A DNA stretch of 64,000 nucleotides from Eledone cirrhosa (taxonomy: Eukaryota). Shown in pieces: positions 11,207 through 25,040 of this stretch. The notes below the pieces were generated by a model. It saw nothing but the letters and a program-made list of their open reading frames with translations, searched no databases and was not told the origin of the DNA. Positions within the stretch are counted from its first letter, which is position 1. Every line of letters starts with the position of its first letter. A program made the position numbers and the translations under genes. The stretch lies in assembly GCA_964016885.1 (NCBI GenBank), contig OZ024746.1:19220001-19284000 (forward strand). Reading direction: 5' to 3'.

Positions 11207-14200
11207 TTATCCCTAATTTACAGTTAGAATAGAAAGAGACAAGTAAGGTAATGTCATGCAATATACTTTCAGTACATGGCCGCAACTGAAACTGAATTAG
11301 AACAAGGTTTCTTAGATAGCAATATACCTTCACACCACAACCAGCATCCCTTTCCATTAATGGATTAATTTTAATGCTTATCTCCTGGTAAAAGAATGAA
11401 AGTTTACTGTTTTCAACTATTAGCACACTTACCAACTTTTCCAAATTCACCTCAGTTTTAAAATCATCTGCCATCTTATCTATCTATTCCTGAATGCTGT
11501 CCTTGTGGGAGACATAAACTCTTGATAGTTTCCTTGTTTTGCTTTCACCACATTTTACACAAGAATCTCAGTGCCACATATGATCATCTCCTCCACTGTA
11601 ATATATATAGTGTTTCTGCATTTCTAAATTTGTTAGCTTAGAATCCAACCATTGAGCTTTGTGTTTCAATCTCCAGAATTCCCCCAAAGTTGTACCTACA
11701 TGTACACTTTGAATGTTATATAGATGGTTCTGCAATTACTGTGGCTTCATCTTCTCAATTGACAAAATCTTTCCACACAGCCCACATGGTAGTTGTGCAT
11801 ACACTCTTTTCATTGAAAAGTGACTGAAACAATATTGTAAATATGTTTCAACATACATCAGCCTTGCTAGCAGGGAAAGTAGATGTTAAATGATGGTGAG
11901 GATGATACATCTGTTAAATAATGTATACTTCATTTTCTAAGACATTAAAACATTATGCAATCATAAACGTAGATCTATAGATCTGTTGCAGTAACATTGA
12001 AGAAATCATCATCATCATTTAACATCCATCTTCCACGGTAGCATGGGTTAGACGGGAGTTGTCCCACTTGAGGCAAGGTTGGTCGGGTGACCGTGTCTCA
12101 CTCATATAGGACTATCTGGCAGGTTTTCTACAGCTGGATGCCCTTCCTAACACCAACCACATTTACAGTGTGGAACTGGGAACTTTTTACCGTGTTACCT
12201 ACACGGCCACATTACAGCGTGGGCTGTGTGTTTTTTTTGTTGTGACACCTACACAATCTTGATCTCATTATCTCATTTATTTGGACTGGATGTTATGGTA
12301 CCAACTTTACAGAGAGAGGGTGGTGTTAGTGGGAGGATAGGGTTGGGGTGTATATTTGGTTAAGAGGTGCCTACTGACTGTAGGTTTCGCTTTGTACGTT
12401 AGGCAAATTTCAACATAAAGAACACATCAATCTAAGATAAACTAACCTGGGTTGAGCTGAGCTAAGCCATCTTCCCATGTTACACTTAAGCTCTCATTTT
12501 AAGCACAAGTACGATTTTAAAAATATATTAGTGTCTGCTACACACTTCTACTTATGGTTTTGTGCTTTCTTTGTGGTTTTTATTTTTAAAGTGCAGAACA
12601 AAACACAAAAACAACAAAGACTGAAGAACTGTTCTGGATTTTAGATTTTCATTTCTTTGATGCACTTGAGACCTGTTCCCTTTCAATGAAGTATGAGATT
12701 CACCTTATGTCGAAAGGAAGTGGACTGAGACCATAGGGTCCTCTTGCTGCACCACTGATATCCTACCCAAATACAATTTTTTGCCCCAGTCGAGGTTGCA
12801 GTAATGTATAATGTATATTGTGAACATTTGGTGTAGTTTTATTTTGTTTACACATAGTCGACAACTGCAGTAAACAATGTCTGGTAACCAGAAGATTGGA
12901 TCAGCTGAAAGTTGTAACATGAAATCAATCATGATTTAGCTAAAAAAATACTCCAAGTAAGCCAAGTTCAAATGAGTTCACTAGGAAAAAAAATGTTAAA
13001 AGAGCTAATTTCACTATAGAAATCGCAGTCCCTTGATTTTTCTGTAGGACTTGCTGAGTTTATTCAGAGTTTTTCTTATATCCTTATTCTATATGTATTA
13101 AATTTGTTCCTGACTGTTGCTGTGACATTGAACAACAATTTACAAACTTCCTTATTTCTTATGTGAATTAGCGGTAGATTGGCAGTATCGGTAGAACATC
13201 GGACATGTTTTGCTACATATAGTTACATCCCGAGTTCAAACCTCGTCAAGGTTAGCTTTGCTTTCATCCTTACAGGGTCAATCAAATAAAGTACCAGTAA
13301 TGCACTGGAGTTGATTTAATCGAAACCCCCCCATCCCCACCCCCCAAAAAAATTGTTGGCCTTGTGCCATTATTTTGTATTACATATTAACAAAGTGGGG
13401 TCGATTTAATCAACTTTCTCTTCCCCACAAATTATTGGACCTTGTGCCTAAATCAGAAACCATTATTTGGTATAGCCAAATAATGCCAAGACATAAAAAA
13501 AAAACTCAAAGTTCTCTTAAAATTTTCATAATTCTTTCATTCATGCAAACAAATATTCACATATTACATTGAAATAGATTTGCAAAGCTGAAATATAATG
13601 GAGAGATTTGAAACGCATGTCATTGTTCAGTAACATCTGTATTTATTTTCACCATATATTTTTCATCAATAATTACTGAGAGGTGGAGGAGTAGGGGGGT
13701 ATTTTTCTTTTTGCTACTATCCCAGGATACCACCAGCTTTACTTCTCTCTACTTTAAATGTCTAGAACAAACATACATTGTTCTGCCATTTTGTTTCAAG
13801 ATACAATATAAATGAAAAGCTATGTGGGAAGTTCTAAATGGGTGGAACACTTTCATTCCTTCACTAATTGCCTCCAGTATAGAAAACAAAAGTGCTTTAT
13901 CTGTTTGAATATATAAATCTAACATTTGTTGCCAGGATACATTTCTACTGACATATTCAAACAGGTCTTCATGGACAATAAAGAAGAAAATCAATCTCCA
14001 TTTAAAACAGTGTGATATAAGCAAGGTGTTAATATATGTAGGATAGGAAAATCAAATCAACATTTATTAGAAAGGAAATTGGTATTTAGAATTAAAGGAT
14101 CTTGTATTTAAATTATTCAATGTCATTAAATGAGTAAATTACTTTAATCTCCAATTACTTTCAGATTACGACATCGATGAGAGAACTTTTAAAATTTATA

Positions 14201-15159
14201 ATTCGCTAGCAAAATAGGCACTTGAGAGTTTTTTTTACTATTTCCTTTTTAGAAATAATTTTGTTAAAATAGGTCAACTTAGTTGGACATGGGTAGTAAT
14301 GTAGAAAAAAACAATGTATGTATATATATAAATAACTGAGAAAATAACTAATTAAACAAAGGACTAAATAGCTTTTCAACTAGAGAAATTGAGAAAGGAA
14401 AAACAAAGGGGAGGATAAGTATTGAAGAATGTTGACATAACAAGTAAAGTGCTATTTATTTCAGAGTTTGTTTGTTTAGCATCACTCTATTGCTGTAATC
14501 AAATTAGTACAAAATACTGCAGCTTATTTCTACAATGTAAATTAACATAGTAGCATGAAAAGCATCAGCTTAATTGTTTCTACTTTTAGCGCAAGGCCAG
14601 CAATTATCCCAGTGTATTACTGGTACTTTATTTTATCGACCCCATAAGGATGAAAGGCAAAGTTAACCTTGGCTGGATTTGAACGCAGACGGTAAAGGGC
14701 CATAACTATGCTACAAAGCATGGCGTCCGACCCTCTACCGGTACTGCCAATCCACAGCCGTCGGCTTAATAATAACAGACAGCTTTATAACCAAGTTCCT
14801 CTAAATTCTTGATTATTTTCAAAATTAAATGAAAATCATAAGCAGTGAATTTTAATAGAAATATCGTAACAAAAGAGTGAATCAAAGTAACTGAGTCGCT
14901 ACAGATATAAGGAGAGGAATGGGGAAATCAATTAACAAGATCCCAGACCTCACTTACTGGGGTGGAACTCTTCCAATGTTTCCATCGGTCTTTCCATTGC
15001 TGGTACTGTATACTAGTTGCAACTCCAGGCAACTATAGTAGAATAGATTTAGACCTTATTGAACATTCAAATTTCAAAATAGACTAAAGTCTCTAAAGAC
15101 TCATTGTAAAAATAGTTTTAGCAGTAAGGGATCAAACTTTTGGTGAAACTCATAGCAGA

Positions 15160-15385
15160 TCACCAGAAAACACATCTAACATCTTGGTGTAGGAACCACC
15201 AAGTCTCCTTGAGCAAGTGACATAGAGTCCAGGATTCTGAACTATATAGTAAGATGGTTTCGACCATAGCTTTGAAGACTTTGCACTTCATAGACCTTGG
15301 AATGGGGGCTTTCCAGACTTTTTGTAGCAAATTTATTGCACTCCATGCTTGACCAATTTTCTTGTAGATCAATAACTGCTTAGAG
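15160..15385 (-). mobile_element. RTE-like LINE RT fragment
   Basis: IGQAWSAINLLQKVWK...KCKVFKAMVETILLYSSESWTL. Confidence 0.8.
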
Positions 15386-15477
15386 ATGAAATTGTTTCTT
15401 GTTTTTTTTTTGTTTTTTTTTAACATTTAAGTTTAGTCATACTGAAAATAAATTATTTCCAGCAGAAGTCTCTGCAA

Positions 15478-15671
15478 ATGGTGCATGAAAAGTTCATAGA
15501 CTAACTATGAAGAAATGATGCTTGCGCTGTGAAATCTTGCATGCATTAATTTCAACTTTTATTAATAACTGCATTGTTTCTTTCCAGTGACTATGTTGAA
15601 AAATAAATCTCATTTGGTCATTCCATGAGAGTATCTTGGTTAGCTTATGAACTTTTCAGTTGACCCTTGTA
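15478..15671. mobile_element. mariner-like MITE; family copies at about 18865-19250, 41868-42057 and 50510-50929
   Basis: Termini of the form tacRagggt..gctgaaaagttcatag / ctatgaacttttcag.tgacccttgta in TA context. Shared body ctcatttggtcattccatgagagtatcttg. Confidence 0.75.
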
Positions 15672-18138
15672 TATAATGAAGGGAAGTATTTTATCTAGTT
15701 GTTCAAATATGACAAGTGAGTATAATTGATGTAGATTACAAATAAGAACTACAGACGCGTGCGCGTGCGTGCGTGTCATGTATTTATTTGTAAGCTCAGT
15801 GTCCCCACCTCATGTGTGTTTATGTAATGTAGGCAATATTTCAGAGATAAAGTGGTCATGTTGGGAACACAGTAGTGTCCAACTTGTCAGTCATTTTGGT
15901 GCCATGATAAAAATCACCCAGTCCACAGTAAATAGTTGTCATTAGGAAGTGCATCCAGCCATAGAAACCAAGCCAGAAACAGTCCTGTGTGAGCAAGACA
16001 TGGTCACCTGATCTAATTTGTATTACAATGGGACAGGTTATCTAACCCAGGTTAGCATGGAAAAATGAACGTTGATGCTATCTATCCTTGTATTTGTGTG
16101 CAGATGTTTGGGTGAGTGGGTGAGTGGGGTGTACAATAAATTCATATCTGCATGCAACAGTATAAGATTTAACCAAAGCTGCAAGAAGCATGTGTAACCC
16201 CCCCCCACACACACACACACACATTTATAAATGTAAACATTGCCTTATTTATGTATTTCTCAGTAGATTGAAAAAAGATAAACATATTGACCCTAGTTTT
16301 AAACCTGGGGAGGGGAGACCTTTATCAGACACTATTGACATCGTTCACAATCCATAGAAAAAATATGTTACTAAAGGCTTTATATATCCAACATTATTTT
16401 GTGGATTGGCAGTATCGGTAGAGGGTCGGACGCCATGCTTTGACGCAAAGAGTTACAGCCCTTGCCATTCTGAGTTCAAATCTCGCCGAGGTTAACTTTG
16501 CCTTTCATCCTTATGAGGGTCGATAAAATAAAATACCAGTAAGACACTGGGTAATTGCTGGCCTTGTGCCAAAAGTAGAAACAATTATTTTATTGACCAC
16601 GTAAGGATGAAAGGCAAAGCTAACCGTAGCAGGATTTGAACTCAGAAAGTAAAGGACCATAGCTCCATAGCCACAAAGCATGTCATCCAATGCTCTACTG
16701 ATATTGCCAATCCACCACATTTTAAAATAATGAATGGAAAATGTTCCATGATTTAATTGTTGTACTATGTTGGTTTAGTTAATTAGTAAAGCTATTATAA
16801 TGTCTTTCTTTATATGTGCTACAAGTCATGGCACGATTCATTCTTCATTCATTGTTGTTAAGAATGTATCAAGAATGCAGGTGACATCTCATTCCTTCCA
16901 GACCTATGTGATGGAAGGTGAGTGTATATAATTTTAGGCCACACTTTTTAGGCCACAATTTTTAGGCCACAATTTTAGACCCAGATTATTATAATAGCAG
17001 TAATAGCAACAAAAGGTGACAAATTGGCAGAGTCATTAGAACTTCAGAACGCTTCGCAGTATTTATTCTGACTCTCTGAGTTCAAATCCCGCCGAGGTCA
17101 ACTTTGCCTTTCATCCATTTGAGGTTGATAAAAAAAAGTACCAAGCTAGTACTGGAGTCGCTTCTTCCTGTATCTCTTTCTCACTTCCTCTCTCTCACTT
17201 TCTATCCTTCTCTGGAAAGAATCAGCTGTATTCAAACCTGGAGAGGAGATGGGCTCTGCCAGGCTTAAAAATACCCTAAAAACACTATGTCAATATGACA
17301 CCCCTACAACTCCCACAAGAGTTACGAGATAAAATAAAATAGCATCAAAGAAAAGATGTCCTAAAATGGAGTTTATAACTAAGCAAACATTAGCTAATTT
17401 AGCAAAGGTAAAATAATCCATATATTACCATTCTTAGACGGAATAAACAAATGTACAAAAGATATATATAAACTAACTTAAATCTCTTGAAACTGACTCA
17501 GGCTAGATTAAAAGAAAAACAAAAAGACTTCTGGGGTTGAACATACAATGGTTCTGTGACACCTGAAGGAGTCATAGGGACACTGGATTAACATATGAAG
17601 GAGGGGGGGGGGGGACATTTTTCAGGACCCTTTGCATTATTTATGGTAGTATAAAGGTTAGAGGATCAACAGTAGAGTTATGGCCCTTTGCGTTCTAACT
17701 TCATATCCTGCCGAGGTTAGTTTTGTCTTTCATCCTTAAAGAGTTGATAAAATAAAGTACCAGTAATACACTGGGATTGATTTCATTGCCAGCCTTGTGG
17801 CTAAAGTAGAAACATTTATGGTAGCAAAAAATAACTTGGAGGCCTTTAGATATTGTGGGACCCCTAGCTACAACCTAGGCACACTTAATCCGCCACTGGC
17901 CCTACTTTATTTCTGATAAAAGAAAAAGATGGGAGATCAAAGCTGGAAAGCTTTTGATTATAGGTCTGCATGATATGTGAGAGAGAGAGAGAGCAAGAGC
18001 GAGACTGCATGTGTGTGTGTGTGTCACACACACACACACTTTACAGTTCAGGAGATCAAATGAAATTAATTATTCAAAGTCTCTATACAATATAATAAAT
18101 GCAGGTGAATCTATTCTACGTCTCACTATCTACCATAA

Positions 18139-18776
18139 ATGAAACTTAAGGGTCAATGCACTTCGTGGACCCAGCCAACAGGTTGGCGAGGGAGACATGA
18201 AACTTAAGGGTCAATGCACTTCGTGGACCCAGCCAACAGGTTGGCGAGGGAGACATGAAACTTAAGGGTCAATGCACTTCGTGGACCCAGCCAACAGGTT
18301 GGCGAGGGAGACATGAAACTTAAGGGTCAATGCACTTCGTGGACCCAGCCAACAGGTTGGCGAGGGAGACATGAAACTTAAGGGTCAATGCACTTCGTGG
18401 ACCCAGCCAACAGGTTGGCGAGGGAGACATGAAACTTAAGGGTCAATGCACTTCGTGGACCCAGCCAACAGGTTGGCGAGGGAGACATGAAACTTAAGGG
18501 TCAATGCACTTCGTGGACCCAGCCAACAGGTTGGCGAGGGAGACATGAAACTTAAGGGTCAATGCACTTCGTGGACCCAGCCAACAGGTTGGCGAGGGAG
18601 ACATGAAACTTAAGGGTCAATGCACTTCGTGGACCCAGCCAACAGGTTGGCGAGGGAGACATGAAACTTAAGGGTCAATGCACTTCGTGGACCCAGCCAA
18701 CAGGTTGGCGAGGGAGACATGAAACTTAAGGGTCAATGCACTTCGTGGACCCAGCCAACAGGTTGGCGAGGGAGAC
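18139..18776. repeat. 11 identical copies of a 58-bp unit
   Basis: atgaaacttaagggtcaatgcacttcgtggacccagccaacaggttggcgagggagac x11, with no spacers and no variants seen. Confidence 0.97.
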
Positions 18777-20025
18777 ACGCTGCTACTCCAGCTTGCAGGG
18801 CTCACAAAGATTAGATTAGGATGAGCTAGGTTCTTAACATTTTGACATCAGGGTTGCCAGATTTACAAAGGTTGGCTGAAAGGTTCATTGGCTGACTATG
18901 GAGGAGTAATGCTAGAGCTGTGAAATCTTGCATGCATTCATTTCAACTCTTAATAAGGGCGGTGGATTGGCAGTATCGGTAGAGGGTCAGACACCATGCT
19001 TTCCAGCATAGTTACGTCCCTTTACGATCTGAGTTCAAATCCCGCCGAGGTTGACTTTGCCTTTCATCCTTACGGGGTCGATAAAATAAAGTACCTGTAA
19101 TGCACTGGGTAATTGATGGCCTTGTGCCAAAAGTAGAAACAATTTCAACTCTTAATAATTGCATTGTCTCTTTCCAGGGATAATGTTGAAATATAAACCT
19201 CAATTGGTCATTCCATGAGAGTATCTTGATCAGCCTATGAACTTTTCAGCTTTCTGGTTACTAGTAGTGGATTACACTACTTTTTTTTTTATTTGGGCTA
19301 CTTGCTACTTTTATTTTATTAAAATATTTATATTAATGGTATTTAGGGCAATCAGTAAAAATTATAGGCAAATTAAGACGGTAAGATATTAATTAAGATA
19401 TTTGGCAGCTATTTGTATCAAGTCATACGACACAGCAATTATTCAATCACGTGGACAATCTTTGAAATATACGCTACGTTTCACAACGTGAATGCTTTTT
19501 CTATTTATGACGTGTTAAGTGGATTGAAAAAAAAAAATATTTGCTGTTCCCAAAAGAGAGGTTCACTATAATCTTTTAGATAAACTAACCATACAATTTT
19601 ATATTGCCTTTGTTTACATGACTTTTTCTTTGTTTGTTTTTATGTTCAATATATGAAGCTTGAAATAAATTTAGACGTTGAATCATAGTATTTCTCACGT
19701 GAAAAAATTATTTTGGATATGAGTATTTTTTTTTGGCTAATAAAATTTCATTAAAACAAATTTCCTAAGGACAAGGAAACACTACAAAAAATAGTGTCTA
19801 GAAGTTTTGAGACAGACATGCAAAGAATTATTGAACCATATGCCTAGAAATATTAAAATCCTTCAAATTCCCTAGAAAATATTTTTTAGGCCATACTCAT
19901 TCATCTTTTGGTTGATCACTCTAAAATTGGAGAAAGAGAACCAGTTGTGTAAACTACTAACACTCAATTGGAAAAGTATATTTTCTGAGGAAATTTTCAT
20001 TGACAAGTCAGAATTCTGGTATAGT

Positions 20026-20175
20026 CACGGCTGGACTTACCTATAAGTTAAATAAACTATGGCTTAGGGCCGCACACCTTCACAAACCTCAATTTTGAAA
20101 AAATATTTTATAATTTTATCAGTTTTTATTCTTTAACATTAAATCATCAGAAATTACATATACATTATGTATGCG

Positions 20176-20212
<37 letters not shown>

Positions 20213-20336
20213 TTGTAACCATTAATAAATAATAATCATGTATAATTATTAACAAATTTTTTACCCGACCTTTTTTTAGAGAAGGGCTTCAAATTTCATA
20301 TAGCTTAGAGCATCAGTAAGTGAAAGTCCAGCCCTG
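20026..20336. mobile_element. hAT-like MITE; related pieces at about 24285-24482 and 26098-26342
   Basis: Termini cacggctggactt...aagtccagccctg. Shared subterminal gaagggcttcaaatttcatatagcttag. Confidence 0.6.
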
Positions 20337-21485
20337 GGTGTAATTTTAAAACTGCAGCTGGTGAACTTAAATTGTCAGATTTGTTACAATATGCATCGAC
20401 TGTTTACAGAAGGCTAGTATGCAATGCCACGATTAAAAGAGCGATTTCAAGAGTAACATTCAAATTTAAACTAAGAAATAGCTTTCTCTTAATCAGTACA
20501 TACAACTTCTCATACTCAAGCTCCACTCCATATATATATATTTATTTAGGTTTGTTGGTTCGCCACTGGATAGAACTGGTCATTCCGTATGGTCAACCTC
20601 GATGTAATATTATGGAGAGCACTCGATGTAATGCAACTCACCCATCTTTGTTTGTGTTGTTGGTGGTGCAAGTACAGAGTTAATTATTATAAAATAAAAG
20701 GAGGCTGGACTGGTGTAATTCCTTAAAAGGTTTATTATACTATGATCATTTCAAAGACCGGGTTCAGTATGAATCTGGTGACATCATCAGGTATTCGAAA
20801 TATAATAAAGGAATATAATAGACAAAATCCATGGTACTGAAAATCAGAGACATGAGGGCGGCCAAACATTTAGCAGCTACCAGCCAGGTCAACCGCCCTT
20901 ATATATATCATGCACCCATGCATATAGAAAACAGTAATAGCGCATATGTGATTGGAAAATAGTTATGACAAACAAGTCATGAAATAACAATACTGACTTC
21001 AATTAATCAATAACCGTTTAAGTTGCCACACCCCACCATTGTTATCGATTAGACCAAAACGAGACAACACTGTGTCAATAAATAGCAGTAATGACAATTT
21101 ATGTTTCCTTCATAGTTATGTTCTTTTATTCACAATTGTATAAATAAAATTAGAAATTGTTTATAATTTTTACAAAATGACAATATACATCTAAATAATA
21201 TATACAATACTTAATTAAATAAATAAATATTCAACATTAAAATATAAATTGAAAACGAAAGAAAATATATTATAATCATGATGTTCCACATAAAAATAGA
21301 ATTCATGAAACCTTATAAATATAATTCACAAAAATATACAATCAAAGAGAAAAAAATAACATCAGTTTAACACTGAGTCAATCAGTCATGCACGACAAGG
21401 GGGAGGGACATTGCAAGTTCGTCTCCAAGATATATTTCAGGAACATTTATAGTATAATTTAAATTCCTCTCTCATTAGATTCCAG

Positions 21486-21543
<58 letters not shown>

Positions 21544-21941
21544 CAGGTATACCTCACACTACATTGTTAATTGGTTTCAGAAGTCAAGACTTAAGTTGAA
21601 AAAGGCAATTGTCAAATTACCTCCCTGCCATAAACCACTAATAGACATTCCCCAGTGCTGTATTTTAACTACAGTATACAGTATACTATTTTATATGGTT
21701 ATATTTAGTGTTTTTTATGATTTAGTGTTTTTTATGGTTTAATATTTTTGGTACTGACAAAGTTCAAATTTATTTTTGCCATATAATTTGCCAAGAATTA
21801 AGAAAAACTGCCATAACTTCAAAACAACGTAAGCCGAAGCATACGTACGTACGTATGTCTGTCTGTCACTGAAACCAGTAGTCATTAGGGAGATGCAGAG
21901 TGGATATAGAAATATGTAAAATCCTGGCCACTCAGCGCCGG

Positions 21942-21980
<39 letters not shown>

Positions 21981-22139
21981 TTAGAAAGTGAATATACGTC
22001 TAGACATAATATTGTCTAGGGTCCTGAAACCTTTGGTTATGGCGTAGTTATATTTTGTGTTCACTTTCTAATTAAATAGCTCTGTTCTATACATAGAGCA
22101 CTTTTTTTTTTCCTTTGCCTTCTTTTTGGAATTACCTTT

Positions 22140-22144
22140 GAGAA

Positions 22145-22207
<63 letters not shown>

Positions 22208-22224
22208 AAGAGAGTGAGAGAGAA

Positions 22225-22275
<51 letters not shown>

Positions 22276-22293
22276 ACGAGAGAGAGAGAGAAC

Positions 22294-22340
<47 letters not shown>

Positions 22341-22365
22341 AAGAGAGAAAGAGAGAGAGAGAGAA
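22140..22365. repeat. (AG)n microsatellite
   Basis: Direct inspection. Confidence 0.95.
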
Positions 22366-22742
22366 AGGCACATGGCTTAGTGGTTAGAGCATTGGCCTTG
22401 CAATCGAAAGGTTGCGAGTTCAATTCTCAGACCGGGTGATGTGTTATGTCCTTGAGCAAGACACTTTCTTTTACATTGCTCCAGCTTATTCAGCTGTAGA
22501 AATGAGATGATAGGGACTGGGGTCCCTATCATTCCACTGCAAAGTGGTCGTGGAGGTGCCACGGCAAAAAAGCACCCAGCAATCACTGTAAAATGGATGT
22601 GTAGGCGCCACAGCAAAAAAAGCACCCAGCACTCACTGTAAAATGAGGTTGGTGTTAGGAAGGGCATCCAGCTGTAGAAATAAAACCAGAATTAGTTCTC
22701 ATCCCATCCTTGCAAGCAGGGAAAAGCGGATGTAAAATTATG
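22366..22742 (+). mobile_element. tRNA-head CORE-like SINE with RTE-type tail
   Basis: A box tggcttagtgg, B box gagttcaattc, CORE-like ccttgagcaagacactt, ggtgttaggaagggcatccagctgtagaaa, and tail gcaagcagggaaaagcggatgtaaa. Confidence 0.85.
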
Positions 22743-22769
22743 ATACACACACACACACACATATACATC

Positions 22770-23109
22770 ATCATCATTCATCATTTCATTTTACGTCCGC
22801 TTTTTCCCTGCTTGCAAGGGTGGGACGGGAACCGATTCTGGCTTGATTTCTACAGCTGGATGCCCTTCCTAACACCAACCTCATTTACAGTGTGGGCTGG
22901 GTGCTTTTTTTGCCGTGGCACCTCCACGACCACTTTGCAGTGGAATGATAGGGACCCCAGTCCCTATCATCTCATTTCTACAGCTGAGTAAACTGGAGCA
23001 ATGTGAAAGAAAGTGTCTTGCTCAAGGAAACAACACATCACCCGGTCTGAGAATTGAACTCACAACCTTTCGATTGCAAGGCCAATGCTCTAACCACTAA
23101 GCCATGTGC
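22770..23109 (-). mobile_element. Inverted near-identical copy of the adjacent SINE
   Basis: Reverse complement of 22366-22742 apart from one internal repeat unit and scattered substitutions. Confidence 0.85.
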
Positions 23110-23319
23110 TTCCATATACATATTAAAGTTGGTAAATATTTCTTTAGCTTCATAACCATTATCTTTGGCTAATCTGTGATCATGTGTTCACTAATGATGT
23201 TTTGCCCCGAACTCAGACTTATGCTCAAAAGAAAAGAAAAGACATTCCAGTCATGACAATCTCATATTTTTCTATATCTAGGACTACATTATCTAATATG
23301 TTCTACCTTTCTTAAGATG

Positions 23320-23675
23320 GGTGGCGGTGCGGATGTTGGACTTACAATCAATCCCGTGGGTTCCATTCCTGGACTGGGTTGTATGTTACGTTCTTGAGCA
23401 AAACACTTCATTTCATGTTGCTCAAGTATACTCAGCTAAAAAATGAGTACCAGCAGCAGTAGCTGGAGCTTTAACCCTGTGATGGATTGGTGTCCTGTCC
23501 AAGAGGAAGTGTTGTACTCTCAGTTGCTTCATGCCATGGAAAACAAGAGAGACTTTAACCCTGTAATGGACTGGTATCTCCTCCAGGGTGGGAGTCTTGT
23601 ACCCTCAGTCACTTAATGCCACGGAAACTGGGATAAGCACCAGCCTGGTGAGCCTCTGGGCTCGAGACAGATTTT
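23320..23675 (+). mobile_element. tRNA-derived SINE with CORE-like and V-like domains; copies on the minus strand at about 34745-35025, 36430-36710 and 63100-63355
   Basis: ttcttgagcaaaacacttcatttca...ctcagct...atgagtaccagc...atggactgg.gtcctgtccag; internal duplication in this copy. Confidence 0.7.
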
Positions 23676-24534
23676 AGGCATTAGACTTCTTAAAATGATT
23701 GTGACCTTAAGGGGATTTCTTTATTATTTCTTAGCAAACAGGTTAAGGAAACTATTTATTTTGAAAACCAAGCATCAAAGCACTGCTAGCAAAAAGCTGG
23801 CCGTTTAAGAACAGTTGCTACAAGATTATAAATACATTTGGTTTCTTTTCAAGCTTACATGGAAATTTAATTCTATTATAAAGAATTGATTGTTCTAATT
23901 CTCAGCGAAACTTGTTTAAAGTTATTTTACAATGTTACTTCATTATATATAGCTACAAATTTTCGGCATTTCAGAAAAAAAAAAAAATTGTAATTTTCTC
24001 GTGTCTACTTGGGTATATTTCTCTAGCTATGAGTAGAGGTATTTCTTGTTGTAAGCCAAGGTCAACCATGACTGAGCATGCTGCCAGCTGTAATCATCCC
24101 CCTCATATAGGCAGAGACATAACTAGGGTATGGCAAGCATGGTACATGCCATGGGTGCTACTTGGACTAGGAGCAATTTCTATTAACGTCATAAGCTATT
24201 GTTAGAGAGTGAAAAAAGCAACTTCTTCAGATTTATGATCTGTCTTTGATTATCCTGGGTGAGAAGCACAAACTTTTTTTACAGAAGGACTTCAAATTTC
24301 ATATAACTTAGGGCCTCATCAGGCAGGGCCAGATTTAGAACTTGAGGAGCCCAGGGAATATCTATCTTACTAGGCCTCACTCCCTCGCTGATAGGGTCCC
24401 AAGCTGATTGGGAGCTTGAGGCAAATGCCCCATCTGTCCTGCTACAAATCCAGCCCTGTCAGTAGGTGAAAGTCCTGCCCTGGATGGGAAACATTATTCC
24501 AGACAAACTATCATCAAACAACAATGGAATGGTT

Positions 24535-25040
24535 GCTGCGCAGTATCGCATCGCTCTAGGTTGGGCAACTTTCAACAAGAACAAAGAAGTACTAACATCA
24601 AAACGAGTTTCCTATCATTTGAAGGCTAAGATCCTTGATACTTACATCCTACCAGTTGTGTTACATGGTCTTGACTGTGTTAATTGATGACAAAGTCAGT
24701 TCAGAACCATATCATGAGACTTATGACTGGCAAGCGGCTCAGCGGCTGTATCTGTATCAGTGAGCTGCTCAACATTACCAAACTTAGACCATCAATTGTC
24801 AAGTCAAGAGTACTCAAACTATACAGTCATATAAAAAGATCAACTCGTGGTGAGAGTAGGTTATTCCTGGAAAGAAAGTTGGCTGGTAAGAGAAGCAGAG
24901 GCCGGCAGCCAAAACAATGGCTTGATAATGTAAACTTATGGACTAGACTTGATCTTTGCTCATTAAAGTCTGCTGCTGGTGATCAAACTTTGTGGAGAAA
25001 AATATCTCATGATGTGCAGTCTGCAACTGGTGGAGTTTAG
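24535..25040 (+). mobile_element. RTE-like LINE 3' fragment
   Basis: RIALGWATF...LKAKILDTYILPVVLHG...RVLKLYSHIKR...GKRSRGRQPKQWLDNV...DQTLWRK. Confidence 0.8.

Noticed and set aside
10890-11474. Poly-His, poly-Gly and poly-Val ORFs
   Set aside because: Translations of a (GGT/GAT)n microsatellite.
11450-11830. Possible APE endonuclease relic on the minus strand (YYSGGDDH-like)
   Set aside because: Too degraded to support as a feature without a search.
18139-18776. CRISPR-like array
   Set aside because: Contiguous identical units, no unique spacers, no cas genes, eukaryotic context.
22366-22440. tRNA gene
   Set aside because: A and B boxes are present, but the sequence continues into a SINE body and lacks a proper acceptor stem and terminator.
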